The notes under the pieces were generated by a model that made no database searches, was not told where the DNA came from, and saw only the letters and a program-made list of their open reading frames with translations. A DNA stretch of 64,000 bases from an uncultured archaeon. Lineage in GTDB: Archaea > Thermoproteota > Nitrososphaeria > Nitrososphaerales > Gagatemarchaeaceae. This document shows, in pieces, positions 50,148 to 61,332 of this stretch (position 1 is the first letter of the stretch; each line of letters starts with the position of its first letter). Made by a program: the position numbers and the translations under genes. The stretch spans positions 1-64,000 of the forward strand of contig CAWFOU010000001.1 of assembly GCA_963817525.1 (NCBI GenBank), written 5' to 3'.

Positions 50148-51750
50148 GTTGAACTGTCACTGCCACGCTCCCGCCGGTCTCGACGGTCACTTCCTGGGCC
50201 ACCCGCTCCTCCTCGTCGGCGATCTCCTGCTCCTCGCGGATGAGCTGCTTGTACTTCGGGGGGCGCTTCTCACCGGCCAGGTCCTGGGAGAACTTGGCGA
50301 TGAGCGGGAGGTACTTGCCGTATATGCCCATCTTCCGCTGGACAGCCTCCATGCTCCCCTTCTTCGAGAGGTAGAGGCTGAGCCTCCTCAGCGCCTCGCG
50401 GACCGCGTTCCTGATCTCGCTCTCGATCTCGGGCCTGTCTGCGATGTACTCCTTCCCGACCGTCTTGTACGGGACCTTGGTGGAGCAGATGTGGGTGATG
50501 ACCGCTACCGGGGCCTCGTCGGGGACGTGGTACCTCCTCCAATCTATCTCCTCGTTGAGGACCTTGAACGATACGTCGCTGCTCTCGTCGTAGAGGAGGG
50601 GGATCCTGTTCGCGAACCTGAAGAGCTTCCTTCCCGGCTCGAGGACCTTGCCTCCGTAGACCAGCCCCACCTCTATGAGGAACGGGAACCCCGAGTACGA
50701 GGAAGGGGGCCTCTCCACGACGGTGGAGAACTCGGGCTCGAGCTCCTTCAGGATCCCGGCGCTCAGGATCTGCTCGCCCACGGGAGAGAGGCACGACGAG
50801 TCAGGAGGCAGGAACTCCGGGAACCTCTGGAGCGCGTCTACGATCCTCACGACTATCTGGTTCGCCTGAGGGTTGTCCTTGTCGTTGGCCAGCTTCTCGG
50901 GTGACATGTCCGGCTTGACCCCCGCGAACTCAAGGAACTTGACCGCGGTCCTGTCCCCTATCCTGTGGAAGTGGGTCGTCATGAACTTCTTGAGGGTCTT
51001 CTCGTCCGTGACCTTGAGCATGCGCTTGAACGCCTCGACGTCCACACCGTGTGGGTGGGGGAGCGTCTCCTTGGGGGCCGAGGGGAGGGCCTCCGTCGCC
51101 CTCTCGTAGGTCGATATCCTCCCGATCGGGTCTACGAACGTGAGGTTCGCGTAGGACCCGACGAGGGCTGTCTGCTTGAAGTAGTCGTTGATCTTCTGGG
51201 CCGACCGGGCAAAGTCGCCCTCGAGCATGACGTCGACGCGCGTCCCCGTCTTCCCGTTCGCCTCCTCCGTGTCCCTCCTGAGGATTATCGGCTTGTTCTC
51301 GCCGATGTCGATAAGCATCTCGAAGATGTGCTTTGTCGTCCCGTCTACGGACGTGGTGATCTTGACCGGCTTGTTCGTGGTGATCTGCCCGTAGAGGACC
51401 GCCATCGTGCCGCCCATCCCGAACATCCCCCTTGACTGCCGGAGCACGTACTTGGACCCGTAGAAGACCTTCCCAAAGGCCTTGGGCACGTGGTGCGGGT
51501 CGACCCCGGGGCCGTTGTCCGCGACCGTGAGCCTGTACGCGCGCGGCTCGGACGTGTCCCCTCCCTGGTCGTCGGCCACTATCCTGACGTAGACGTCGGG
51601 CAGCATGCCCGCCAGCTCGCAGGCGTCCAGGGAGTTCTCCACGAGCTCTCTCACCGCCATGTAGAGCGCCCTCGCCGGGTTCGTGAAGCCTGCGAGGTCA
51701 CGGTTGCGGTAGAAAAATTCCGATGGTGAAATCTCAGAGAAGGTCGCCAC
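50116..51750 (-). CDS. top6B: DNA topoisomerase VI subunit B
   Basis: ELVENSLDA, DNGPG, QSRG, RFANRIPL. Confidence 0.96.
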   Translation of the reverse strand: MATFSEISPSEFFYRNRDLAGFTNPARALYMAVRELVENSLDACELAGMLPDVYVRIVADDQGGDTSEPRAYRLTVADNGPGVDPHHVPKAFGKVFYGSKYVLRQSRGMFGMGGTMAVLYGQITTNKPVKITTSVDGTTKHIFEMLIDIGENKPIILRRDTEEANGKTGTRVDVMLEGDFARSAQKINDYFKQTALVGSYANLTFVDPIGRISTYERATEALPSAPKETLPHPHGVDVEAFKRMLKVTDEKTLKKFMTTHFHRIGDRTAVKFLEFAGVKPDMSPEKLANDKDNPQANQIVVRIVDALQRFPEFLPPDSSCLSPVGEQILSAGILKELEPEFSTVVERPPSSYSGFPFLIEVGLVYGGKVLEPGRKLFRFANRIPLLYDESSDVSFKVLNEEIDWRRYHVPDEAPVAVITHICSTKVPYKTVGKEYIADRPEIESEIRNAVREALRRLSLYLSKKGSMEAVQRKMGIYGKYLPLIAKFSQDLAGEKRPPKYKQLIREEQEIADEEERVAQEVTVETGGSVAVTVQHEQAKIEDYS

Positions 51751-52000
51751 GCCTATCTACCTCCGCCCACTTTCAACTGCTGATTCTGCAAGACTGGAGG
51801 ATTTGAGGCCCGGTTGGGCATAAACCCACACCCCTCCTCTCTGAAACTATTCTTGAACAATTACCGCTATGACACCCTCGCTCGGTGTTAGGGTTGGACA
51901 TGATGCATTAATAACCAATCGCCCTGTTTATCGCCGTTTTGGCCGAGCCTCACCGTTCGATTGCGCTCTTTTGGCAGAATGGAGGCGTTTGCGGCGGATT

Positions 52001-52573
52001 TCAGCCTCTAATCTCCGGTGACTGGTCTTCCCAGAGGAGTATGCGCTCCATCTTCCTCTTGGTCCGCTCCCGCTGGAGCATGTTGTAGACCGACTTGTGC
52101 TGGCTACCCGACGCGAGCTTCTCGATGGCGTCCTTGGCCAACCTGAGCCTGTCGGGGTCGCCGATTATGGCCACCGTCTTCCCGTAGACAGAGACGTCGC
52201 ACTTTGTCAGCTCCTCTATGACCCTCCTCGATTTGCCGTGGAGCCCGATTATCCTCCCCTTTATCCTCTCGAGGTTGTTCTCGCTCTTCCCCGCAAAGTC
52301 CCTGAGGTCGAGGATCTCCAGCGAGACCTCTGGGTCCAGCAGCTTCAGCGCTCTCGGAGGGGAGAACCCCCTGGCGATCGCCTCGACCACATTGGCGGCC
52401 CTGAAGGGGTCTGCCTCGACCGAGGTGGACCTGACGGTGACCTCGCCGCTCTGCCCGTCAACCGCGACCGTCACCGCACAAGACTCCTCGATGCGGGCCT
52501 TCGTCTCTCCCTTCTTGCCGATGAGAACCCCGACCCTGTCGAGCGGGATGCGCAGTAGCCTTTCGAAGCTCAA
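52001..52573 (-). CDS. KH-domain pre-rRNA processing protein (Dim2/Pno1)
   Basis: GVLIGKKG, AIARGF, KGRIIG; TTG start overlaps the rio1 stop. Confidence 0.9.
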   Translation of the reverse strand: MSFERLLRIPLDRVGVLIGKKGETKARIEESCAVTVAVDGQSGEVTVRSTSVEADPFRAANVVEAIARGFSPPRALKLLDPEVSLEILDLRDFAGKSENNLERIKGRIIGLHGKSRRVIEELTKCDVSVYGKTVAIIGDPDRLRLAKDAIEKLASGSQHKSVYNMLQRERTKRKMERILLWEDQSPEIRG

Positions 52574-53421
52574 GCTAGAACCGTCTCGAGTATCTGCTCT
52601 GGCTCCTTCTGATAAACCCCTCTCTTCTTGAAGAACGTCACGACGTTCGTGATGTCCCGGAGCAGCAGCTCCTTGGACTCGGGGTGGGAGGACAGCACGG
52701 CCGAACCCATGTCGAAGAGCACCCTCTTCCCAGGGGCGGGCTTGAAGATGTTGTACTCGGAGAGGTCGGCATGGACGAGGCCCGCCTTTTTGTAGAGCTG
52801 GCGTATCATCTTCATTGTCCACTTGTAGTCATCGGCGTCGACCTCGGCCTCCGCGAAGATGGGGGCAGGGGCGGGAGGCTTGCCGATGAACTCCATCACT
52901 ATGATGTTCTCGTTGAAGGCGAAGGGCTCGGGGACGCGTATCCCAGCCTCCGCTGCGAGCCTCAGGTTCTTGAACTCCTTCTGGACCCAGAGCTTGATCA
53001 TCTGCCTTATCGACGAGGGCAGCTGCTTGAACCTCTTGTCTCCCGCGACGTACCTCATCCTCTTCTTGAACTCGGCCGATGCGGTCAGGTAGATCTTGAC
53101 GGCTCGAGGGCTCCCGTCGGCGGCCACCCCCCAGTAGACGCGTGCCTCCTTCCCCGCCCTCACCACCCCGTTGAGGTAGGAGAGCTCCCCGCGCGCGATT
53201 AGCTCGTGGAGGGCGAAGTTCGTCGCCTTGTCGAATACCTCCTCCACTGTCTTCCTCTCGTTAGAGTCGTGCCTTAGGCGCCTGTTCTCCCTCTCGTTCC
53301 TTCGGATGCGCTCTCTGAGGCCAGACCCCTGCTCGACGTCCCCCTCCGTCATCGAGCCCCTTTCGGCAGCGAGGCTGTCCCGCCTCGCCTCGTCTCCCGC
53401 CTCCTCCTCTGGTCCTTCCAC
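52570..53421 (-). CDS. rio1: RIO1 serine kinase (start may be ~53352)
   Basis: GKEARVY, AVKIY, LVHADLSEYN, FDMG. Confidence 0.94.
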   Translation of the reverse strand: MEGPEEEAGDEARRDSLAAERGSMTEGDVEQGSGLRERIRRNERENRRLRHDSNERKTVEEVFDKATNFALHELIARGELSYLNGVVRAGKEARVYWGVAADGSPRAVKIYLTASAEFKKRMRYVAGDKRFKQLPSSIRQMIKLWVQKEFKNLRLAAEAGIRVPEPFAFNENIIVMEFIGKPPAPAPIFAEAEVDADDYKWTMKMIRQLYKKAGLVHADLSEYNIFKPAPGKRVLFDMGSAVLSSHPESKELLLRDITNVVTFFKKRGVYQKEPEQILETVLA

Positions 53422-53598
53422 GTCTCGCCGCCGGAGGGGAACTCCTTTAGGGTTGTGATTGGCCCAAGGGGAGCTAGCTCGGCCCGGGCGTGTTGGCCCA
53501 TTGGTGTGTTGCCCGGCGATAATCCGTAATCTAGCTAAAGGGGTGAATTAGCGCTCCATAACGCTCTTATCGGTTGCGCCTAGTCATGACTACCTCAA

Positions 53599-54006
53599 TT
53601 GGTCTCGCTTGCGCCCACTTTATGGAACCTCGCGACAGCTCTTTTCCTCGTTGCGGCGCTAGTATACGGAAATCGACTCCGCCTGGCCTTCAAGGGCTCG
53701 ATGATGGCCAGCGTATACACCCTCTCGTTCTGGGCGTTCGCGGTCCTGTTCGTCACCTTTTCAGCCTCGTTCGTCTTCGACCTGATGAACTTCTCTCCCG
53801 TCGCCATGTACGGGGTCTCGGTGAAGGACATGGGCTCTCTCTTCTCTGCCGCGCTCTTCATGGGATCCCTGAGAGCCGCCGCAGGATTCTGGCTCCGGAG
53901 GCGAGACAGCTCGGTCAGGTCAGAGCCAAAGACCGCGGACCCCGTCCTCACCAGGTCGATGCGGATGATGAACTCGGTCGAGCCTGACCGGGACATCCCG
54001 AGATAG
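53599..54006 (+). CDS. Hypothetical membrane protein (3 TM)
   Basis: Three hydrophobic segments. Confidence 0.55.
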   Translation: MVSLAPTLWNLATALFLVAALVYGNRLRLAFKGSMMASVYTLSFWAFAVLFVTFSASFVFDLMNFSPVAMYGVSVKDMGSLFSAALFMGSLRAAAGFWLRRRDSSVRSEPKTADPVLTRSMRMMNSVEPDRDIPR

Positions 54007-54129
54007 CCCAGGGCAGACCAGCCGCGACCCGGCCCTGTCCTCATTACTAGACATCTGGCCGCTAGTGCACAGACCATTTGGGCTTCTGATCGCCCCCGAG
54101 GCCTCGCAGCCGCGGCCGCCTTTTTTCGC

Positions 54130-54430
54130 CTAGTTGACGCGAAGATGTGTTGACGAGGGGGTATTTAGTCGACCCGACGGACGCGTTCGAGCCAGAGGGC
54201 CGACCCTCTTGAATTCGCGTTCAAGGCCCGGCTCTATCCCAAACGAGAGAGTGGACCCGTCAAAGCCCTGAGCGAGGTCTCTTGGAATGAAGAACGTCTC
54301 CTCCAGACGAACCCCTTTAAGGTGTGGACGTAGTGTGTTTCCACCGCCCTGACCTTCCCAAGATTAAGCCCGTGGAGCCCCTCTGCCTTTTTCCTTATCG
54401 TCTGACTCCAAGCAATGGTGATGAACTTAT
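54130..54430 (-). pseudogene. Frameshifted small PRC-barrel/DUF2171-like protein
   Basis: IAWSQTIRKKAEGLHGLNLGKVRAVETHYVHTLKGFV joins, after a frameshift, EETFFIPRDLAQGFDGSTLSF; recalled similarity to a thaumarchaeal family, boundaries approximate. Confidence 0.5.
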
Positions 54431-54832
54431 CAGGATAGTTCCAGAACGAGAGATGTCGAAACGAACGCCTTTCCCCGGCCGCACCCGAATGATCAGGTGC
54501 ATCGGTCTTGGAACTCCCCAATCCGTTGTCTAATCCGTACAGATTCTGAGCCAAACTGCGATTCCCACGGGAGGGGAAGTGCGATGCGTTATAGGCAATG
54601 TGAATCCAGAATCTATAGATAGCTCTAGAAAAACATCGCCACATGAGGAATTCACAGGAGTATATAGAGGCCGACTTCGTCCCCGATGATCAATTGGTTC
54701 CGCGAGTGGACTTATGGCTGGATGAGGCCTGGCGACCACCCTAGGCCATTCGGTTGTCCAGGACACGTGACCTAGGGTTATGAGCCTTGGCGGGGCGGGT
54801 CGCGACGATTCTTGAGGCAATCTTTATTTAGG

Positions 54833-54853
54833 TATACAACATAAAGTTGTATA
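54833..54853. promoter_or_regulatory. Perfect inverted repeat TATACAAC-N5-GTTGTATA upstream of grpE
   Basis: Immediately follows the TATA-like TTTATTTA, about 110 bp before the grpE start. Confidence 0.6.
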
Positions 54854-54962
54854 GTGATAAGAATGAAGGCTGAAGCAACGACGAAGATTCGCGTAGCAGT
54901 CTCTCAAAGGGTTTTTGTAAATCCCCCTCAGCGGGGTCAATCGGGACTTCGGTGACCTCTAG

Positions 54963-55559
54963 ATGGCATCAGGTAGCGAAAAAGCAAAACAGGAAGATGA
55001 TAATGATTTGAAAACCACGACGATGGCAAAGGAGCAGGAGGCGAAGGCCCTTAAAGAGGACCTCACCAACCTCGAGAAGACGCTCGAGGAGGAGCGCAAG
55101 CGCAACGAGGAGTACCTCACCAACCTGCGATACCTACAGGCCGACTTTGAGAACTACCGCAAGAGGGTGGACAGGGAGATCCGGGAGCTGGAGGAGTTCT
55201 CCACCCTCGGGCTGGTCAGGAAGCTTGTCCCCGTCCTGGACGACCTCGAGCTCGCCGTCGCGTCGGCCAGCAAGGCTGAGGACGCGGGGCTGGTGGAAGG
55301 GGTCAAGATGGTCCAGAAGAACCTCACCTCCGCCCTCGAGACTGAGGGCCTCCAGACGATAAGGGCGCTCGGGAAGCCCTTCGACCCGTCCTCCCAAGAG
55401 GCGGTGGACAAGGTCCAGGGCAAGGACAACTCCGAGGACATCGTGGTTGAGGAGATCAGGAAGGGCTACACCTTCAAGGGCAAGGTCCTCAGGCCCAGTG
55501 CGGTGAAGGTCGAGATGGCGGCGAGGCAGGAGAAGGCCAAGGGAGACGGGCAGGCATGA
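54963..55559 (+). CDS. grpE: Nucleotide exchange factor GrpE
   Basis: [15 protein letters not shown]...VLRPSAVKV. Confidence 0.95.
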   Translation: MASGSEKAKQEDDNDLKTTTMAKEQEAKALKEDLTNLEKTLEEERKRNEEYLTNLRYLQADFENYRKRVDREIRELEEFSTLGLVRKLVPVLDDLELAVASASKAEDAGLVEGVKMVQKNLTSALETEGLQTIRALGKPFDPSSQEAVDKVQGKDNSEDIVVEEIRKGYTFKGKVLRPSAVKVEMAARQEKAKGDGQA

Positions 55560-57487
55560 GCTCCGGTACTACCACAAAGGCTCCCACGTCCTCGGCGAGG
55601 GAGAAGATAATCGGGATCGACCTCGGTACCACGAACTCGGCGGCCGCCGTCATGGAGGCCGGGCGCCCCGTTGTCATCCCAAGCGCCGAAGGACAGACCG
55701 TGGCGGGGAAGATGTTCCCCTCGGTGGTCGCCTTCGCCAGCGACGGGCAGCTACTCGTGGGCGAGCCCGCCAAGAGACAGGTCGTGACCAACCCCGACGG
55801 CACGATATTCGAGATAAAGCGCAAGATGGGGACCGACTACAAGGTCAGGATCGCGGGCAAGGAGTTCACCCCCCAGCAGATCAGCGCTTTCATTCTCCAG
55901 AAGATTAAGAAGGACAGCGAGACCTTCCTCGGCTACCCCGTGAAGAAGGCCGTCATCACCGTCCCAGCGCACTTCAACGACAACCAGAGGCAGGCCACCA
56001 AGGACGCGGGGGAGATAGCGGGCCTCGAGGTAGTGAGGATAATCAACGAGCCCACCGCCGCGTGCCTCGCCTACGGGCTGGACAAAGCGGACAAGGAGAT
56101 GAAGGTGCTCGTCTTCAGCTTCGGGGGAGGGACCCACGACGTCACCGTGATGGAATTCGGCGGCGGGGTATTCCAGGTGCTCGCCACGAGCGGCGACACG
56201 CAGACCGGGGGGACCGACGTCGACTACGCGATAGTCAACCTCATCGCCGGGGACTTCAAGTCCAAGACTGGCATCGACCTCAGGAACGACAAGACCGCAA
56301 TGACGCGCCTGAAAGAGGCCGCGGAGAGGGCGAAGATCGAGCTCTCCAACATCATCTCGACCGACATCGACCTCCCGTTCATCGCCAGCGACTCGACGGG
56401 GACGAAGAACCTCCACTTCACGCTCACCAGGGCCAAGCTCGAGGAGCTCGCAGGCCCCATAGTGGGCAGGGTCGAGGAGCCGATTACCCGCGTCGTCAGC
56501 GACGCCAAGCTCACGACCAAGGACATCGACAAGGTCATACTCATCGGAGGGATGACCAGAATGCCCCTAGTGAGGCAGAAGGTGGAGCAGGTGATGGGCA
56601 AGCCAGCGGAGCGCGGAGTCGACCCCATGGAGGCCGTCGCCATAGGCGCCTCGATACAGGGCGCCGTGCTCGCGGGCGAGGTCAAGGACATACTCCTCCT
56701 CGACGTCACGCCCCTCTCGCTGGGAGTGGAGACCCTCGGCAACATCACCGCCAAGGTCATCGAGAGGAACACGACCATCCCGGTCAAGAAGAGCCAGACG
56801 TTCACCACTGCGGCCGACATGCAGACCGCCGTGACGATTCACGTCGTCCAGGGGGAGAGGACCATGGCCCCCGACAACATCTCGCTGGGGATGTTCAACC
56901 TCGAGGGGATACCGCCCGCCCCAAGGGGAGTCCCCCAGATCGAGGTCACCTTCGACATCGACGCCAACGGCATACTCAACGTCACCGCCCACGACAAGGG
57001 CACGGGCAAGGAGGCGAGGATAACCATCTCCGCGTCCACGAAGCTCTCCAAGGACGACAAGGAGAAGATGGTCCACCAGGCCGAGCAATACGCGGAGGAG
57101 GACAAGAAGAGGGCGGAGGAGGCGCAGCTGATGAACGATGCCGACTCGCTCCTCTACACCTCGGAGAAGACTAAGAGCGACCTCGCGGGCAAGATAAGCA
57201 AGGAGTCCGAGGACAAGATAACCGCGGCGGCCTCCGAGTTGAGGAAGGCCGTGGACTCGAAGAACGTCGACGAGGTCAAGGCCAAGTCCGACGCCCTGAG
57301 GAAGGTCCTCCAGGACGTGGGCACCGCGGTCTACCAGCAGCAGGGCCAGGCCGCCCAGGCCACCGCGGGCGGGGGTGCGGGCCCGACAACGTCGGGCGGT
57401 CCGGGACCAGCGGAGGGAGAGACCCAGCCGGGCGACGGCCCCATGACCGACGCCGACTACAAGGTCGTCGATGAGGATAAAAAGTAA
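55556..57487 (+). CDS. dnaK: Chaperone DnaK (Hsp70)
   Basis: [48 protein letters not shown]. Confidence 0.97.
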   Translation: MSSGTTTKAPTSSAREKIIGIDLGTTNSAAAVMEAGRPVVIPSAEGQTVAGKMFPSVVAFASDGQLLVGEPAKRQVVTNPDGTIFEIKRKMGTDYKVRIAGKEFTPQQISAFILQKIKKDSETFLGYPVKKAVITVPAHFNDNQRQATKDAGEIAGLEVVRIINEPTAACLAYGLDKADKEMKVLVFSFGGGTHDVTVMEFGGGVFQVLATSGDTQTGGTDVDYAIVNLIAGDFKSKTGIDLRNDKTAMTRLKEAAERAKIELSNIISTDIDLPFIASDSTGTKNLHFTLTRAKLEELAGPIVGRVEEPITRVVSDAKLTTKDIDKVILIGGMTRMPLVRQKVEQVMGKPAERGVDPMEAVAIGASIQGAVLAGEVKDILLLDVTPLSLGVETLGNITAKVIERNTTIPVKKSQTFTTAADMQTAVTIHVVQGERTMAPDNISLGMFNLEGIPPAPRGVPQIEVTFDIDANGILNVTAHDKGTGKEARITISASTKLSKDDKEKMVHQAEQYAEEDKKRAEEAQLMNDADSLLYTSEKTKSDLAGKISKESEDKITAAASELRKAVDSKNVDEVKAKSDALRKVLQDVGTAVYQQQGQAAQATAGGGAGPTTSGGPGPAEGETQPGDGPMTDADYKVVDEDKK

Positions 57488-57507
57488 CCACGAAGTGACG
57501 TCTCGAA

Positions 57508-58611
57508 GTGAGCAGCACGTCGGCACGGGACTTTTACGAAGTCCTCGGGGTCAAGAAGGACGCCAGCAAGGACGACATCAAGGCCGCCTACAGGAAGCTG
57601 GCCCTCCAGTTCCACCCTGACAGGAACAAGTCGCCCGAGGCCGAGGAGAAGTTCAAGGAGCTCTCCGAGGCCTACGCTGTCCTTTCGGACGACGAGAAGA
57701 GGAAGCAATATGACACCTACGGCAAGGAGGGAATAGACCAAAGATACACCCAGGAGGACATCTTCAGGGGCGCCGACTTCCAGGACGTATTCCGGGGGCA
57801 GGGCTTCGGCTACGGGGGCGGCTTCGAGGACATCCTCGGGGCGTTCTTCGGCAACGCCGGAAGGGGACGAGGGCCGAGAAGGGGCGCGGACCTGCAATAC
57901 CGCATCCAACTGAACCTCGCGGAGGTCGTGAACGACGTCACCAAAGAGATCGAGATACCCAGGACCGAGCTCTGCGGCATCTGCAGGGGGAGCGGGGCCT
58001 CCCCAGGGACCAGCATCAGGACTTGCCAGCAATGCGGGGGGACGGGCCAGGTCCAGAAGATGCAGAACGCCGGCTTCGCGAGGTTCATCCGCGTTGAGAC
58101 GTGCAACAAGTGCCGCGGGACCGGGAACATAGTAGAGTCGCCTTGCAAGGAGTGCAGGGGCACGGGGCACGTGCAGAGGCAGCGGAAGATCCGTATCCAG
58201 GTGCCCGCGGGGGTCGACGACGGGCACACGCTGAGACTCAGAGGGGAGGGCGAGGCGGGAGAGCCTGGCATGTCGCCGGGCGACCTCTACGTGGTGGTGC
58301 ACATCCCCGAGAACCCGATGTTCAAGAGGAGGGACAGCGACCTCTTCGTCGAGGCCCGGATCAACGCGATAGACGCGATCCTCGGGACCGAGCTGAGGGT
58401 GCCCACCCTCTACGGCGACACGATGCTCGACATCCCATCTGGGACCCAGCCGGGGACCCAGTTCAAGATCAAGGGCAAGGGCCTGCCCAGGCTGAACTCC
58501 TTCGGAAAGGGGGACGAGTACGCCATCGTGAGGGTGGACGTCCCGAAGAGCCTCAACGGGCGGCAGAAGGACCTGCTGAAGCAGGTCCAGCGGGAAGGAA
58601 AGGTCCAATAG
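57508..58611 (+). CDS. dnaJ: Chaperone DnaJ
   Basis: HPD motif, G/F region, four CxxCxGxG repeats. Confidence 0.97.
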   Translation: MSSTSARDFYEVLGVKKDASKDDIKAAYRKLALQFHPDRNKSPEAEEKFKELSEAYAVLSDDEKRKQYDTYGKEGIDQRYTQEDIFRGADFQDVFRGQGFGYGGGFEDILGAFFGNAGRGRGPRRGADLQYRIQLNLAEVVNDVTKEIEIPRTELCGICRGSGASPGTSIRTCQQCGGTGQVQKMQNAGFARFIRVETCNKCRGTGNIVESPCKECRGTGHVQRQRKIRIQVPAGVDDGHTLRLRGEGEAGEPGMSPGDLYVVVHIPENPMFKRRDSDLFVEARINAIDAILGTELRVPTLYGDTMLDIPSGTQPGTQFKIKGKGLPRLNSFGKGDEYAIVRVDVPKSLNGRQKDLLKQVQREGKVQ

Positions 58612-59545
58612 CCGGGAAGAACCTAGCACTGTCTCTTCAGTTCTGCGACTTCGACCTTAAGCCTCTCCATGTCTTTGAGGAGGTGACTCTGCTGCGTCTT
58701 CGGGATATGGGCGCTCATATCGCAAAACCGCCCTTCAAGTCATGGAGTCGGTCAGGGCTATCCGCTTCCGGTACGAGACCTCCGAGGAGCTCTCGTCCCT
58801 CTCCGAATGGTTCCGACTCATGTCGCCCAAACCGGGTTCAGCACCACCGGTTTGGTTCAGCAGAATCTGACCCAACACTTTCGAACACCCAACGAAGGCT
58901 TGACACGCTCGTTCGTTTACAACACGGAAGTCCATATTGAAATCGTGCCCCTTTCCAATGCGCATTCGAAATATGCCAACACGCTGAAGTATACGGGCCT
59001 GTTTAGATGGCTTTTCTCCCAGCCTGTCAACGCAAGAAGGGAATTAATCAGTGCGGTCAAGCAGTTGAAGGCGAATTCGGAGGGCACGCCATTTTCGTAG
59101 CACGCGATTTAACTCTGATAGTCACGAATCCTTGGGCGCTCCATGAGCTGACATGGATTACTTTCACTTTCGTCCCGGGTTCAACGTAAATCGGAAGAAT
59201 CCGTGTCAAGGAAGTGGACCCTATGGTTCAATATAGTGACGCGCGGTCCCAGGGATTCGAACAGAGTCGAGTTGCTTTCCCTTCGGATTCGCTTAATGAT
59301 TCAAACGCATCCTGCCGGGCCCGCCACCAATACTCCCCTAGATGGTGACGCAAGCAGGTGATTTTACCCCCTAAGGCGGGTCACCCCCCTGGCCGGGCTG
59401 CGCGCATCCACGCCCGCGGGGGGCCGCTTCGGGTCAGAAACCTGGACTGAGTAGATAGCCGGCGATGTCTGCTTTTGAGGGCCGACTTGAGTGACCAGGG
59501 GAGAGGAACTCAATCCACACCGGCAAACCCCCGGGCGGCTCGTCG

Positions 59546-59848
59546 TCAGAACTTGTAGATCATCAGGAAGGGCACGCCCTCTATCTCCCTGACGGCCTGG
59601 GGCGAGCCCAGCTTGTGCGCAAGGGCGACGCCGACCGACCTGACACCCGCGAGGCTGAGCATCGCCGACCCCTTGATCATCCTGACGACCTCCTCCTCCT
59701 CGACCAGCGCCCCGCCGAAGAACTCATTCGAGATGTGCATCTTGAGCTTCCCCTCGACGAGAGTCCTCCCTATGAGCTCGGAGTCGCAGACGTTCACCAT
59801 GCTTGCGTTTTTCCAAGCGATGCTATGTACGGAGAACGGCGCGCCCAA
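59546..59848 (-). CDS. DUF424 family protein
   Basis: NVCDSELIG, FFGG, IEGVP. Confidence 0.85.
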   Translation of the reverse strand: MGAPFSVHSIAWKNASMVNVCDSELIGRTLVEGKLKMHISNEFFGGALVEEEEVVRMIKGSAMLSLAGVRSVGVALAHKLGSPQAVREIEGVPFLMIYKF

Positions 59849-59853
59849 CCGCG

Positions 59854-60270
59854 TCAGTTCACCCTCGCGCTAGACCTAGCGCCGCAAGCCTCGCAGACGC
59901 GGAAGTGGAGCCGGCTCTCGGTGACGATGTGGGTGTCAGGGCTCCCGCAGACCGGGCACGTTACGTTGTCGACCATGTAGCGCTGGAAGAGCTGCGCGAA
60001 GGAGGTCTTGTCCTTCCTCCCGATGAATATCGCCCTGTCCGCGTCGAGGGACGCCGCTGTGGCCAGCTCCTTGGCCAGGTACATCAGGAGCCTGTCTGGG
60101 TCCCTCCTCATGAGCTTGGGGTATTCCGAGTAGTTTCGGAGTATCGTCTTGTTGCCCACCCATATCACCTGGGGCTCGGGGATCTCCAGCCTATCCTGGG
60201 TCGACTTGTGCGCGGTCTTCTCCAGGGTGGACTGGGCCCTCGCAAGCAGCTCGTCGTATGTCCCGGTCAA
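59854..60270 (-). CDS. eif2b: Translation initiation factor aIF2 beta subunit
   Basis: YDELLARA, RLEIP, KELAT, CPVCGSPDT...CEACGA; TTG start at 60270. Confidence 0.93.
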   Translation of the reverse strand: MTGTYDELLARAQSTLEKTAHKSTQDRLEIPEPQVIWVGNKTILRNYSEYPKLMRRDPDRLLMYLAKELATAASLDADRAIFIGRKDKTSFAQLFQRYMVDNVTCPVCGSPDTHIVTESRLHFRVCEACGARSSARVN

Positions 60271-60522
60271 CCTATGTTTCGTCCAAAACGACTTTTCGAG
60301 GTATTTCAACTCTTCTGGGATGGCGCACGGGTTTTGCCACCATGTCGGACATCCTCGCCGTCTTGGGACATCAGACAAAAGGCGGCGCTATGAATTGGCG
60401 ACGGCTGCTTGCTCTCGACTCGGGGGGAATCAATTGGCCGCGGAGGCGCACGACCTTCACAGCGAGGGTCCTGAGACCCGGTCGTTTCAAAGATTTTAAG
60501 GCCAAAGCCAAGCGGGTCGAAC

Positions 60523-61332
60523 GTGAGCAGCAAGCCCGCCGGAATCGGGGTCATCGGAGGCTCAGGGTTCTACAAGTTCCTGCAGACCAAGGAGGCTTCC
60601 AAGCTGGAGACCCCCTACGGCAGCCCCAGCGCGAGCGTGAGGGTCTCCGACGTCAAGGGGAAGCGGGTAGCCTTCATCCCCCGGCACGGTGAGCACCACG
60701 AGTTCCCTCCCCACGTCGTCCCCTACAGGGCGAACCTCTACGCGCTCAAGCAGCTGGGGGTGGAGAGGGTCTACGGCCCGACCGCGGTGGGCAGCCTGAA
60801 GCCTGGCATCAAGCCGGGCGATTTCGTGATATCCGACCAGTTCGTCAACTACACCAACGGCAGGAAGGACACCTACTTCGAAGGCCCCGAGACCGCCCAC
60901 GTGGGCTCCGCGGACCCCTACTGCCCCGAGCTGCGGGAGATCGTCATCGAGGCGTCGAAGGACCTCGGGATAAAGATCCACAAAAAGGGGACGGTGGTGG
61001 TAATCCAGGGGCCGCGCTTCTCGACGAGGGCCGAGAGCAAGTTCTTCCGCTCCCAGGGCTGGGACATCATCAACATGACCCAGTACCCGGAGGCGATCCT
61101 CGCGAGGGAGCTCGAGATGTGCTACGTCAACATCTCGCTCGTTACCGACTATGACGTCGGGCTGGAGGGCGACCCCAAGGTCAAGCCTGTGAGCAACGAC
61201 GAGGTGATGCGCGTGTTCAACGCCAACCTCGAGAAGCTCAGGACGCTCCTCCTCATGGCCATACAGACGACGCCGGCCAAGCGCTACTGCCAGTGCGGCT
61301 CGGCGATGAAGAACGCGAGGATCAGCGTATGA
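60523..61332 (+). CDS. mtnP: S-methyl-5'-thioadenosine phosphorylase
   Basis: IGGSG, TPYGSPS, PRHG, GPRFSTRAES, NMT, TDYD. Confidence 0.94.
   Translation: MSSKPAGIGVIGGSGFYKFLQTKEASKLETPYGSPSASVRVSDVKGKRVAFIPRHGEHHEFPPHVVPYRANLYALKQLGVERVYGPTAVGSLKPGIKPGDFVISDQFVNYTNGRKDTYFEGPETAHVGSADPYCPELREIVIEASKDLGIKIHKKGTVVVIQGPRFSTRAESKFFRSQGWDIINMTQYPEAILARELEMCYVNISLVTDYDVGLEGDPKVKPVSNDEVMRVFNANLEKLRTLLLMAIQTTPAKRYCQCGSAMKNARISV

Noticed and set aside
52574-52822. N-terminal extension of the KH-domain ORF
   Set aside because: Overlaps rio1 out of frame; similarity begins at the TTG at 52573
59340-59540. SRP RNA or RNase P RNA
   Set aside because: Neither the SRP helix-8 GGAA motif context nor the RNase P GAGGAAAGUCC motif was found on either strand
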